Shown: positions 27,449-35,636, counted from the first letter of the stretch. The stretch: DNA of 41,625 bases from a virus (IMGVR_UViG_3300046380_000010:1-41625); one strand, 5' to 3'. Numbers and translations: made by a program. The notes: generated by a model from the letters alone, not told the origin.

Positions 27449-28900
27449 ATGACCGCCTTAGACACATATTACACGTCGACATACGGTCCTTCCGGAACGA
27501 ATACGCTTACTCACTACTACCCTCTGAATGAGGCAGCAGGATCGGGAACTGCTATCGATTCTGTCGGATCTCAGAATGGTACGAACACCGGTATTGTCGC
27601 AGGAACAGCCGGGTTTGTGTCGGATGGATCGACATGTTATACCTTCGCCGCTGCGTCTTCCATCAATCTGGGAACGCCATTTGCTAACGGCTCATCGAGT
27701 CAGTGGTGTTGGGAGGGCTGGTTACAGTTCACAGCCTTGACGCTGTTCCAATCAATATGTCAAAACGGAGTAGATGCTCACGGTTTTAATATATGGCTCA
27801 ACTCCGGCCCACAATTTGCAGTGAGTATCGATAATACTACCAACACTGTTACCGGATCTCCAGGAACTACAAACTGGCACCATATTGTTGCTGGCTACGA
27901 CGGAACCAACGTCCACCTGTATATCGATAGCGTCAGTAAGATAAATGCAGCCCGAACAGGCGGGACTGCGCCCACCACAACGAACTATATTGGAAGATGG
28001 AACAATGTAGCTGACGGCGGGAGTTTTCTAGGTAAAATGCAAAAAGTGTTGTACTACAACACGATGCTCACCTCTACCCAGGTCACAAACAACTATAATG
28101 CCGGTCTCGTCGGACCTCCAACTAATATCAACGCATCGGCGGGTGTATTCAGTCTGTCCGGTAAGAATGCAAGCATCATTGTAAACGATGCCATTCTCGG
28201 CGGAGCAGGCTCTTTCACTCTCACGAGCGGGAATGCAACTTTCACGGTAAATGACGCCATATTAGGAGGAACAGGCGTCTTCACACTAAGCGGAAAGAAC
28301 GCGAATCTCACAATAAATACGACTGTCTCAGGGGCCGAAGGAAGCTTCACCCTGTTAGGCAAGAATGCGAGTATCGTCATAGACACCAACCTTTTGGCAG
28401 GTACGGGCGTCTTCGCTCTCACTGGCAATAATGCCACTCTCACCTTCAACACAGGCATCAACGGCGCGTCGGGGGTATTCGTACTCAGCGGCAAGAATGC
28501 ACAGATCAATTTCGCAGGGATCGCCCCGATCTCAACAAACGGGACAATGGAGGCGGGGAACGGCACGATCAGTAACCTGCTTCCCGGTGACTCTGAAACC
28601 ATAATGGGACCGATCTCCACACCGTTTCGGCCCTCATTTCGAGAGGTAGTCAACGTGCAGGGCAACGGCCCCTTCCGCCTTGACTACCAGTTCACAAGCG
28701 ACGGAGGAACGACCTGGTATCAGGGTCTGCAGGTTGCCTCAACCACAACCAGCGCAGACGGCACCACGACGACCAACAAAGCGCATGTGAAACTCAATGT
28801 GGGTGTATTCTGGCAAATCATCGTCTGGAATCCAGGACCGGGGTCTCTGGACATCACATTTGAGAGAAGGTTCATCCGGAAAGGGGTCACAGGAAATTGA
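27449..28900 (+). CDS. LamG/concanavalin A-like receptor-binding protein with repeat stalk
   Basis: YYPLNE..G..A.DS, WHHIVAGYDG...LYID, IG and F.GK LamG motifs; about six 21-aa G.F.LSG.NA repeats. Confidence 0.8.
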   Translation: MTALDTYYTSTYGPSGTNTLTHYYPLNEAAGSGTAIDSVGSQNGTNTGIVAGTAGFVSDGSTCYTFAAASSINLGTPFANGSSSQWCWEGWLQFTALTLFQSICQNGVDAHGFNIWLNSGPQFAVSIDNTTNTVTGSPGTTNWHHIVAGYDGTNVHLYIDSVSKINAARTGGTAPTTTNYIGRWNNVADGGSFLGKMQKVLYYNTMLTSTQVTNNYNAGLVGPPTNINASAGVFSLSGKNASIIVNDAILGGAGSFTLTSGNATFTVNDAILGGTGVFTLSGKNANLTINTTVSGAEGSFTLLGKNASIVIDTNLLAGTGVFALTGNNATLTFNTGINGASGVFVLSGKNAQINFAGIAPISTNGTMEAGNGTISNLLPGDSETIMGPISTPFRPSFREVVNVQGNGPFRLDYQFTSDGGTTWYQGLQVASTTTSADGTTTTNKAHVKLNVGVFWQIIVWNPGPGSLDITFERRFIRKGVTGN

Positions 28901-29259
28901 GCCTATCAACTATCCAAAACGCTAATCCGTTTGCAAATGATCTGTGGGTAAACACCAACCAGACCGCCACGCCCTCCAATAATATCAGGGCAGCCGCGAC
29001 GACGGTCTATCTGGTAACGGTGGACAATACCAACAACAGCGCGGCCACATTTTTACAACTTTTCAATAACGTCGCGCCCACGGTCGGAACCAGTGCGCCG
29101 GATGTCTCGCTGCTTGTGGCAGGCACGACGAAGAAGACCTTCCTGCTGGATCTGTCGGGTATTCCATTCGGAACGGGACTGTCTGTGGCCTGCTCGACAA
29201 CAGCAGGAGGCAACACCAACCCGTCATCGAACGTCACCGTGTATATCTACCTAACATGA
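28897..29259 (+). CDS. Beta-rich virion protein
   Basis: N.N.A.TFLQLFN..APT.GT..PD...GIPF.TGLS.A.STT pattern. Confidence 0.65.
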   Translation: MSLSTIQNANPFANDLWVNTNQTATPSNNIRAAATTVYLVTVDNTNNSAATFLQLFNNVAPTVGTSAPDVSLLVAGTTKKTFLLDLSGIPFGTGLSVACSTTAGGNTNPSSNVTVYIYLT

Positions 29260-29606
29260 CGACTTTATTTGGCTATATCAGACCCGAGAGCCTTAGCAGG
29301 CAGGTGGGAGAGCGGTTCTGCGTGGTGGCGCAGTTCAAGAACACGGCTGGACCGCCAGCGCCACTGCTCTATGTATCCTCGGTCTTCGACTGTTGGGACA
29401 GCCAGAATAATCATCTCGTCAACGCGGCCCCCATCAACAATGTCACCGATGCAGGCGGGTGGGTGACGTGCCGCTACAAGCTTCTCACCGGCCCGAATCA
29501 GGTCATTACCTCACCCGGAACCTATCGCTACATCGTGACAGTCACCCTCTCGGACGGCACAATTCAAGCCTTCGAGCAGGCCGCCTTGATTGTCTCCAAC
29601 CCCTGA
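29256..29606 (+). CDS. Ig-like/BppU-like virion protein
   Basis: PGTYRY.VTVT.SDG motif; ATGA coupling. Confidence 0.55.
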   Translation: MTTLFGYIRPESLSRQVGERFCVVAQFKNTAGPPAPLLYVSSVFDCWDSQNNHLVNAAPINNVTDAGGWVTCRYKLLTGPNQVITSPGTYRYIVTVTLSDGTIQAFEQAALIVSNP

Positions 29607-29619
29607 AATCGGGTACAAT
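29590..29619 (+). promoter_or_regulatory. Sigma70-like promoter
   Basis: TTGTCT, 18 nt, TACAAT. Confidence 0.45.
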
Positions 29620-29793
29620 AAGGCTGTAAATTCTCGAAGGAGACCGCCCTTGCGCGAAGTCCTTACAATCCATGTGGAAGGCCCACCCGCCACCGTTCTC
29701 GCTCGTACTCTGTCGTTGGGGTGCTGCCTGCCCCCTGTCCCGAAACGTCGCCTGTCTGTCGTATTCACATCTCTTGCCGAAGGAGCATCCATT

Positions 29794-30120
29794 ATGGCAA
29801 CCGTTGGTTCGCCCGTATCCGTCACTTTCCCGACCGTTCTGACCAAAGGTCAGCCGATCACCATTTCCGCCGTCGATCAGGACAACAATCCGACTACCCC
29901 AGTCGGCGTCACATTCTCTTCTGCAAGCCCCGATGTCACCGTTACTCCCGATCCTACGATCCCGTTCCTCTACTTCCTGAAGGGCGTCCCAGGAACTCCC
30001 GTATCTTCTATCGACGTCACTTTCACCGACGCAGCGGGTGATACTGTCGTCGTAACGGCTACCACGCAGGAACCTCCGGCATCCACCACGCTCATCGCCA
30101 CCCCTGGTACTCCCGTATAG
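29794..30120 (+). CDS. Ig-like Thr/Pro/Val-rich virion protein (alternative in-frame TTG start at 29650)
   Basis: AAGGAG RBS; AVDQDNNP...VTFSSASPDVTV resembles bacterial Ig-like domains. Confidence 0.65.
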   Translation: MATVGSPVSVTFPTVLTKGQPITISAVDQDNNPTTPVGVTFSSASPDVTVTPDPTIPFLYFLKGVPGTPVSSIDVTFTDAAGDTVVVTATTQEPPASTTLIATPGTPV

Positions 30121-30143
30121 CGTGGTGGTTCCTGCCCTGATCG

Positions 30144-30180
30144 ACACAGCCCACTTGAAATCAAGTGGGCTGTGTGTTAA
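30144..30180 (+). terminator. Strong hairpin after the structural module, probable terminator
   Basis: ACACAGCCCACTTG-aaat-CAAGTGGGCTGTGT, 14-bp stem; weak U-tract. Confidence 0.6.
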
Positions 30181-30228
30181 ACTAGCTTCATCCGAAAATC
30201 TGAATAGAACGACTAACTGAGGGAAAGT

Positions 30229-30516
30229 ATGCCGCCCACACCCATAGAACTCGCCTTGCTTGCAATCATCATCCCTACCGTAATCAGCGGTATTGCGGCA
30301 TACGGAAAACTGAGGGACGAAATGGCTACACTTCGCGCTGAGATCGTAGCGCTTAAAACCGAAGACACCCGAAACGCAGAGGCTATCAGGCACGAATCAC
30401 GCCGAAACGACGGGCAAGACCTCTCCATCGGAGTGATCCGAGAAACCATGACACGCATCGACACCAACGTAAAAAGCCTGCTGGAAAGAGACAGCAGGCG
30501 CGCGGAAGGACACTGA
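30229..30516 (+). CDS. Single-TM plus coiled-coil protein (holin/lysis candidate)
   Basis: N-terminal hydrophobic helix followed by a coiled coil. Confidence 0.5.
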   Translation: MPPTPIELALLAIIIPTVISGIAAYGKLRDEMATLRAEIVALKTEDTRNAEAIRHESRRNDGQDLSIGVIRETMTRIDTNVKSLLERDSRRAEGH

Positions 30517-30518
30517 AA

Positions 30519-30839
30519 ATGCCAGGATTTAACTTCGGTGGACTACTCGGCGGTCTTCTCTCAGGGGCAGAAGCGCCTATCATACACGGCATTATGCGCG
30601 GAATCGAGTTGGACGCCCAATTCGTCTCTGACTGGATCTGGGCGCAGGAACACTCTTTGTCAGTCGATCCCACGCCGTTGAACGAACTGCTGCCCATCGC
30701 GAAGATGAACGTCTCCGAACTGCTCGGCGCAACAGGCCATCTGCTTCCCACTATCGAAGGCGCAATACTGGGCGGCTCCGATCCCGCCGCTGGTTCACGG
30801 CACGCGTACGAGGTATGGAAGGCGAAGTGGGGTCGCTAA
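30519..30839 (+). CDS. Hypothetical protein
   Basis: AAGGA RBS; 106 aa. Confidence 0.6.
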   Translation: MPGFNFGGLLGGLLSGAEAPIIHGIMRGIELDAQFVSDWIWAQEHSLSVDPTPLNELLPIAKMNVSELLGATGHLLPTIEGAILGGSDPAAGSRHAYEVWKAKWGR

Positions 30840-31393
30840 CGGCAGAAGAAATCTTTTGCCCACTGGAACGGAATGCCTGCGTTAGCCGCACACTGCTCGT
30901 CTTCGGGCCGATCCCCGACCAACAGAGAGGCATCCCAGTCAATCAGGAAACCTGCATAGAAGGCTTCGACTTCCATCAGGACGAGCATTCCCACATCGGG
31001 CTTACGAAGCAGAGACCGTCGATTGTAGGGGAAGCTTGCCTTCTCGCCTTCCATGTGGAAGCAGGATTTAAGGGAGTGAAATGGCCCCATCCCCTGCTCG
31101 CTGCGCTTGAACAATGAGAACATCGCGTCGATTTCGGCATTGACTTGTTCGGGCGTTTTGTAGCCCATCGCAACGCCGCCCTGATTGGTCAGACCGAAGA
31201 TGAGGTATCCAGCGTCCCGATATTCCCAAATCTTCTCTTCGACACCGGGATAGAGCGTCACGTCATCAGGGCCATTGATGAATTTGTTCTCCCCGCGCTT
31301 GCTCAGCCGAACGGTACCGTCCAAGTCCAGGCATAAGGCGGGAACCGTCGAGCCGTTCCATATCACACCGTTGGCAGTTAGTAAGCCTTCCAT
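30836..31393 (-). CDS. HAD-IIIA phosphatase (GmhB/HisB-N/PNKP-like)
   Basis: DLDGT, TNQGG, RKPDVGM and VGDRPED motifs. Confidence 0.88.
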   Translation of the reverse strand: MEGLLTANGVIWNGSTVPALCLDLDGTVRLSKRGENKFINGPDDVTLYPGVEEKIWEYRDAGYLIFGLTNQGGVAMGYKTPEQVNAEIDAMFSLFKRSEQGMGPFHSLKSCFHMEGEKASFPYNRRSLLRKPDVGMLVLMEVEAFYAGFLIDWDASLLVGDRPEDEQCAANAGIPFQWAKDFFCR

Positions 31394-31418
31394 ATCTGAT
31401 TCCTTTCAGGAGTTCCTT

Positions 31419-31658
31419 ATGTCTTCTCCTCAAACTACACACAGTGATAAAGTTGCCGGGTGGTCCATCATCGGCCTCTTCGTGTTAGGCGTCGTAGCGG
31501 TCGTCGTAGGGGCATACGCGCCCCATCTGTCGGCGGCAGGTCAGACCGCCCTGTTTGTCATTGCTGGCAGTTGCGGCTCGGCGGTCGCGGGGAGTCTGGT
31601 CCCTCGTCCGTCAACGCCTCCTGCTCCGCCTGTCGATCCTCCCTCGCCTCTGACGTAG
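31419..31658 (+). CDS. Two-TM holin candidate
   Basis: AGGAG RBS; two hydrophobic helices and a Pro-rich tail; near the endolysin. Confidence 0.55.
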   Translation: MSSPQTTHSDKVAGWSIIGLFVLGVVAVVVGAYAPHLSAAGQTALFVIAGSCGSAVAGSLVPRPSTPPAPPVDPPSPLT

Positions 31659-31679
31659 GGAGGGCGCGGATCAGTTCGG

Positions 31680-31940
31680 CTAATTCTCAGAGGCATCTAA
31701 CCTACCATCGATCTTATAACTAACTCCGTCAGATTTGTAACCCGCTGACTGTTCTTCACGCTGGAACTCTGCCCAATTATCACATTGAACAGCGCACTTC
31801 TCCCGCATCTCCACCCGCCCGCGCTCCTCTGCTTCGCGGATTAACTCCACCAGGTCTTTTGCGTCAAAATCATCTATTGCCCATTCGTGGTTGATAACGA
31901 AATTCTCTACTATCTCCTCCACCGTCAGCTCTTTACTCAT
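31680..31940 (-). CDS. Hypothetical protein
   Basis: GGAGG RBS; EMREKCA..C phage motif. Confidence 0.65.
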   Translation of the reverse strand: MSKELTVEEIVENFVINHEWAIDDFDAKDLVELIREAEERGRVEMREKCAVQCDNWAEFQREEQSAGYKSDGVSYKIDGRLDASEN

Positions 31941-32578
31941 CTCGCAAGAAACCCTCCTCCGTTCCCATTGCTGATGTCTGGGTCGATGCTAATCCCGTTC
32001 CACGTGATCGACATGCCCTGCACGATGTTTGCTTGCGGCTTCCACGCCTCGTACTCTGCCCACCCGGTTGACTGGGCCAGCCATGTGAAGGATACGAGCC
32101 TCAACTCTTTGAGGATACGACAGGTAAGTCCGCTGCCGTAGTCGCCTACCTGGAAGATACCTCCCAGTCGCGGTTCAGGCGAGAGAGCTTCGTGCGTGAA
32201 CGCTTCTTTGATGCCTTGGAAGTACTGAGCAATGCCGCCGCGTATCTGTGCTTCCGTGGCATCGAAGTCCACGGCGAAATAGATCGGGCTGTTGTAGGGC
32301 TGCTGGATCACGTCCACGGCGTAGCGATAGGCCGCTTTGCCGTCTAGGAGGCCCTGTGCGTGCGAGAAATACCCCGCGTGATCCCCAGCGTTCTCGAAGA
32401 CCGCCACGAGGTAGATGCCCATGCCCGACAGGTGGAGTGCTTCCACGCGGGAAAGTTTCGTCTTGGCATGGGAGATCCCGGAGTAGTAGTATCTGGCGCA
32501 GAACTCATACCCGGCATCAAGGATCTGTTGGCCGTGTGCGGTGCAGTCTTGGGTACAATCGAATCCCTTATTGCTCAT
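31937..32578 (-). CDS. Endolysin, DUF1906 (Rv2525c/GH25-like) glycoside hydrolase
   Basis: KGFD, GYEFCARY, L...EA, PIYFAVDFD, G.YGS and W.AQS motifs; start reassigned to MSNKGFD. Confidence 0.85.
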   Translation of the reverse strand: MSNKGFDCTQDCTAHGQQILDAGYEFCARYYYSGISHAKTKLSRVEALHLSGMGIYLVAVFENAGDHAGYFSHAQGLLDGKAAYRYAVDVIQQPYNSPIYFAVDFDATEAQIRGGIAQYFQGIKEAFTHEALSPEPRLGGIFQVGDYGSGLTCRILKELRLVSFTWLAQSTGWAEYEAWKPQANIVQGMSITWNGISIDPDISNGNGGGFLAR

Positions 32579-32727
32579 GTCCTTCTCCCTGACGGATTGC
32601 TGGAAGTGAACCCGTCTGACTCCTTGAACCCCATTACGCAGTAGCCGTCTTTGACACCGAACTGATCGCCGTGGAGTATGTACGTAACCTCTACGGGAAT
32701 ACATCGCGCCCTCTGCTCTGGTGTCAT
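32575..32727 (-). pseudogene. 50-aa ORF resembling the C-terminal half of a DUF3850/ASCH domain
   Basis: VEVTYILHGDQFGVKDGYCVMG; coupled to both neighbours. Confidence 0.5.
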
Positions 32728-33068
32728 TATACGTCCACCTTCTCCTCTCCCACATTGCGCGGATCGAAGGTTGACAGGCGTTCCCGATGCTCCCCCTCCC
32801 TAAGTTGATTAATCTCTGTTCGGATATGCACCAGAGGTTGAGTTACGTATTCCCAACTCTCAGGATTCTCCGGGTAGAGTATCCCCCACAGGGCCGTATT
32901 GATCTCATTGATAGTCCGCCCGTAATCCTCTGACTGAGCCTGCGCCCTCTGGTATCCGCGCTCCTCCACCTTTTCTAGTATTTTTTCAAGCCTCGCCCTC
33001 CATTCGGTTTCATTGGCTCTGAAACTATATGCTATTTCGAACAGAGTCGTTTGATTGGTAACTTCCAT
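32727..33068 (-). CDS. Hypothetical protein
   Basis: 113-aa ORF in the early operon; GGAGG RBS. Confidence 0.65.
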   Translation of the reverse strand: MEVTNQTTLFEIAYSFRANETEWRARLEKILEKVEERGYQRAQAQSEDYGRTINEINTALWGILYPENPESWEYVTQPLVHIRTEINQLREGEHRERLSTFDPRNVGEEKVDV

Positions 33069-33275
33069 CTAACTCACCTCCTGCAAGGTTGGAACATGCT
33101 CATCCTGCTCCGTCGCCATGTTGGAAAGAATAAGGTTCTCGAATACCAGTGTCTCAGAGGCTATCTCCAGCGCGCGCTGCTTCTGCGGTATAGGGTCCCG
33201 CATGAAATCCGATGCTGCCTGCCACACCACATTCTTCGCAAGCGTTACCTTCGCCCTCTGATCTCTCAAACTCAT
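33069..33275 (-). CDS. Hypothetical protein
   Basis: AAGGGAG RBS; 68 aa. Confidence 0.65.
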   Translation of the reverse strand: MSLRDQRAKVTLAKNVVWQAASDFMRDPIPQKQRALEIASETLVFENLILSNMATEQDEHVPTLQEVS

Positions 33276-33317
33276 CGTCTGTCTCCCTTCTCTGCTAACT
33301 GATTACCACTAAAACAG

Positions 33318-33352
33318 GCATACTCTTCTCTGGAGAATTATGCTTTTTGTTT
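33318..33352 (+). terminator. Possible intrinsic terminator for + strand transcripts
   Basis: Imperfect GCATA..TTCTC/GAGAA.TATGC stem followed by TTTTTGTTT. Confidence 0.35.
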
Positions 33353-33360
33353 GCTTCCTA

Positions 33361-33592
33361 ACTGAACTACGATGAGTAGTACCGCGCAGGTTCGTACAGG
33401 GGCGCGGTTCCACTGATTACCTCAACATTCGCCACAAGGTACATAGGCCACGGTTTTACTCCCTTACCCGCTGGGAGGCTATACCGGGATTCCGCCCGGT
33501 CGGTTTTGTCGGCTCTCTGAACGGAATGCTCTGGCTCCATAAATGGAGGGGTTGTCCGGTGCAGGCGCAACACACAGCAAACCGACAAAAAC
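33361..33592 (-). ncRNA. Putative structured ncRNA
   Basis: Stems TTTTGTCGGTT/AGCCGACAAAA, CTCCAT/ATGGAG, ACCGGG/CCCGGT, CTCCC/GGGAG and ACCGCGC/GCGCGGT; ends in a 16-nt copy of the tRNA-like 5' end. Confidence 0.55.
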
Positions 33593-33602
33593 AGAAACAT
33601 AT

Positions 33603-33908
33603 TTAGCCGTCGCCGGAGCCGTAGCCGTAGCCGGAGCCGGAGCCGCCGCCGGCTCCGTAGCCGGAGCCGGCTACGGAGCCGTAGCCGTCGCCGTAGCCGT
33701 AGCCGGAGCCGGCTCCGTAGCCGTAGCCGGCTCCGGCTCCGTCGCCGTAGCCGTAGCCGTAGCCGGCTCCGTAGCCGGAGCCGGAGCCGTAGCCGGAGCC
33801 GTAGCCGGAGCCGGAGCCGTAGCCGGAGCCGTAGCCGGAGCCGTAGCCGGAGCCGTAGCCGGAGCCGGAGCCGTAGCCGGAGCCGTCGCCGGATTTTACG
33901 CCTTCCAT
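33603..33908 (-). CDS. Gly-rich (G-Y/S/D/A)n repeat protein
   Basis: AAGGAG/AAGGA before ATG 33908; MEGVKSGDGSGYGSG...; 6-bp GGCTAC/GGCTCC tandem units. Confidence 0.6.
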   Translation of the reverse strand: MEGVKSGDGSGYGSGSGYGSGYGSGYGSGYGSGSGYGSGYGSGSGYGAGYGYGYGDGAGAGYGYGAGSGYGYGDGYGSVAGSGYGAGGGSGSGYGYGSGDG

Positions 33909-34192
33909 TCCTTGACTCCTTTGATAATCTCCTCTGCCTCGGTGGTCGTGTCGATCACCTCGATGACTTCCAGCACAGTGATGCTGACAGGAACGGCGAA
34001 TTTGCAGTCGTTCGGAAGCGACGTGCCGTGTATCGCCAGCCCGGAGAGGGACGCTGCTCCTGCCCAATACCAGAGCCGCCGCGCATTTTCAAGCCGTGCT
34101 TCCTGTCCTTCACGCGAAACCAGTGTTCCTGAAAAACAGCCTGCGTTTTGCGTCCGAACGATTACATACTTACCGATCTGAGTGTCTGACAT
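33896..34192 (-). CDS. DUF6948-like small phage protein
   Basis: IGKYVIVRT..AG.F.G.L.....E..L.NARRLWYWAGAASLS.LA..G signature. Confidence 0.8.
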   Translation of the reverse strand: MSDTQIGKYVIVRTQNAGCFSGTLVSREGQEARLENARRLWYWAGAASLSGLAIHGTSLPNDCKFAVPVSITVLEVIEVIDTTTEAEEIIKGVKEWKA

Positions 34193-34230
34193 TTCTCTCT
34201 GTCTCCTTCTGTTGTTCTCTCTAAACGAAA

Positions 34231-34318
34231 CGTACCCTGCAAACTCTGATACTGAAGGGAGACGAAGCCGATCCAGGTGAGTTCACAGGGTACGCAGGAG
34301 TGGCAGAGAGTGAGCCAC
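34231..34318 (-). ncRNA. Structured 5' leader of the DUF6948-like gene
   Basis: GTGGC/GCCAC hairpin, then a long CGTACCCTG..AACTC/GAGTT..CAGGGTACG stem. Confidence 0.45.
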
Positions 34319-34373
34319 GACTGTTAAATTGTATCTTCGTATCACCTGGGTCAAACTAGCTTCGTCTACAGTA

Positions 34374-34402
34374 AATATACCCGCTATTCAGTTTTTGTGC
34401 AA
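34374..34402 (-). promoter_or_regulatory. Sigma70-like promoter
   Basis: TTGCAC, 17 nt, TATATT; same -35 as the 2309 promoter. Confidence 0.55.
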
Positions 34403-34420
34403 CCCTACGCCAACTCTTTT

Positions 34421-34564
34421 TCAGGAACGAGGAAATATTCGGTGCGCTCCGGCACCGTGTTCGTGGATGCGAAAGCATATTGGGCAGCAAAGCACAATCA
34501 GGTTCCAGAGTAGCCCGTCCGCACTCTTCTCTGCAAACGCCTGCACCTCTCGAATGTCAGACAT
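34421..34564 (-). CDS. Small CPxC..HxHGAG protein; short paralog of 35637-35855
   Basis: AAGGAGG RBS; MSDIREVQA...CPICFRIHEHGAG. Confidence 0.6.
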   Translation of the reverse strand: MSDIREVQAFAEKSADGLLWNLIVLCCPICFRIHEHGAGAHRIFPRS

Positions 34565-34688
34565 CAGATTCCTCCTTGATATGCTCGACAACCCCTTGTG
34601 CATCTGGTTTGCCCCACTTACGATCCTTATTGATTTCGAACTTTTCGTGCGCAACTGCTTCGAGATCAATTTGATTTCGGAAGCATAG
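34557..34688 (-). pseudogene. C-terminal remnant of a DUF550/MazG-like nucleotide pyrophosphohydrolase
   Basis: Frame reads IDLEAVAHEKFEINKDRKWGKPDAQGVVEHIKE, preceded by an in-frame TAG and no start codon. Confidence 0.55.
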
Positions 34689-34726
34689 CTAACGCCATAA
34701 CATCTTGCTTTCCCATGTTCATTCTC

Positions 34727-35635
34727 CTATGGCATCTGACATCGGATGACAGCGACCGTAAACAGGTCGCCCTCTTTGAGACACATACCCGCAGGTACGA
34801 TGCACCGAACGTGATCTATCTCCGGGTCTATGGTTCGCACCGCATGATTGAACAGGATCACAGGCCGTCCATTGTCCATCATTACAGGCGCTACGGCCCT
34901 CGTAGGAGGCTGATAGGTTCCCTGCTGGACGGTATCGCCCTCCACCTTGAACGAAGTCACAGGAGCAGAGAAGAACGATTCTTCCGGTGGTGCCAATGCC
35001 TTCGCCTTCTCAATGCAGGACATGCACAGAGTCCCATCATCGCCGCACGGCTCTCCACACTCGCACCACGGCCCCGGATTTACCGTGTTCGGAGCAGGAG
35101 GTAAAGCAGGCGTTTCAGGCTTGTATTCTGCCTCTATAACATTGTTATCATGTTGCAGCAAATCGTCCACGTGGACGATTTGAGATCGTTTTGCCGATAT
35201 TTTGGCATTTTGTGTGTCTTCATCCCATCTCTGAAGAATCGATTTGATGTGTTCGACAGTTCTGATTTTCTTCTGCTTGTACTGCTTGATGAGTTCGAGT
35301 TTTTGTTCCTTCGGTCTGGCGTAAGTCAATTTGTAGTGCGACCATGACCAACCTACGCTCTGGTCATATACCCACTCTCTTGCGATCTTCATACACTCCA
35401 TCATAAAGATAGCGCGCTCCCCGAAATGCTTCTCGCAGAAAGCGAATTTATCTCCATGCTCCAGGGGGACTTCAAGTAGAGTATTGCCAATCTCGAACCG
35501 TACAGCGACCGTCAATCCTGTTTCCAGGTTGAGGAGTTCACCAAGGTACTTTTTGTATTCCGGCATCGTCGGATTGTCCGAAGAGGGAACCGTAGTCAGC
35601 CCCAGACTGTGTATCTTCAAAACCAGATCGTTCAT
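34727..35635 (-). CDS. Hypothetical protein, possible DNA-binding regulator; paralog of 2730-3407
   Basis: 302 aa; RFEIGN..HGDK..GWSWSHY; internal CECG...CMSC. Confidence 0.75.
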   Translation of the reverse strand: MNDLVLKIHSLGLTTVPSSDNPTMPEYKKYLGELLNLETGLTVAVRFEIGNTLLEVPLEHGDKFAFCEKHFGERAIFMMECMKIAREWVYDQSVGWSWSHYKLTYARPKEQKLELIKQYKQKKIRTVEHIKSILQRWDEDTQNAKISAKRSQIVHVDDLLQHDNNVIEAEYKPETPALPPAPNTVNPGPWCECGEPCGDDGTLCMSCIEKAKALAPPEESFFSAPVTSFKVEGDTVQQGTYQPPTRAVAPVMMDNGRPVILFNHAVRTIDPEIDHVRCIVPAGMCLKEGDLFTVAVIRCQMP

Positions 35636-35636
35636 G

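Noticed and set aside
32579-32755. N-terminal extension (possible signal) of the endolysin
   Set aside because: It overlaps two better ORFs in other frames; the RBS supports the 32578 start.
33543-34181. Ala/Val/Gly-repeat + strand ORF
   Set aside because: Antisense reading of the GYG repeat and the DUF6948-like gene.
34689-34691. TAG read-through or alternative genetic code
   Set aside because: Core genes are intact in the standard code, several end in TAG followed closely by the next gene, and no suppressor anticodon is evident.
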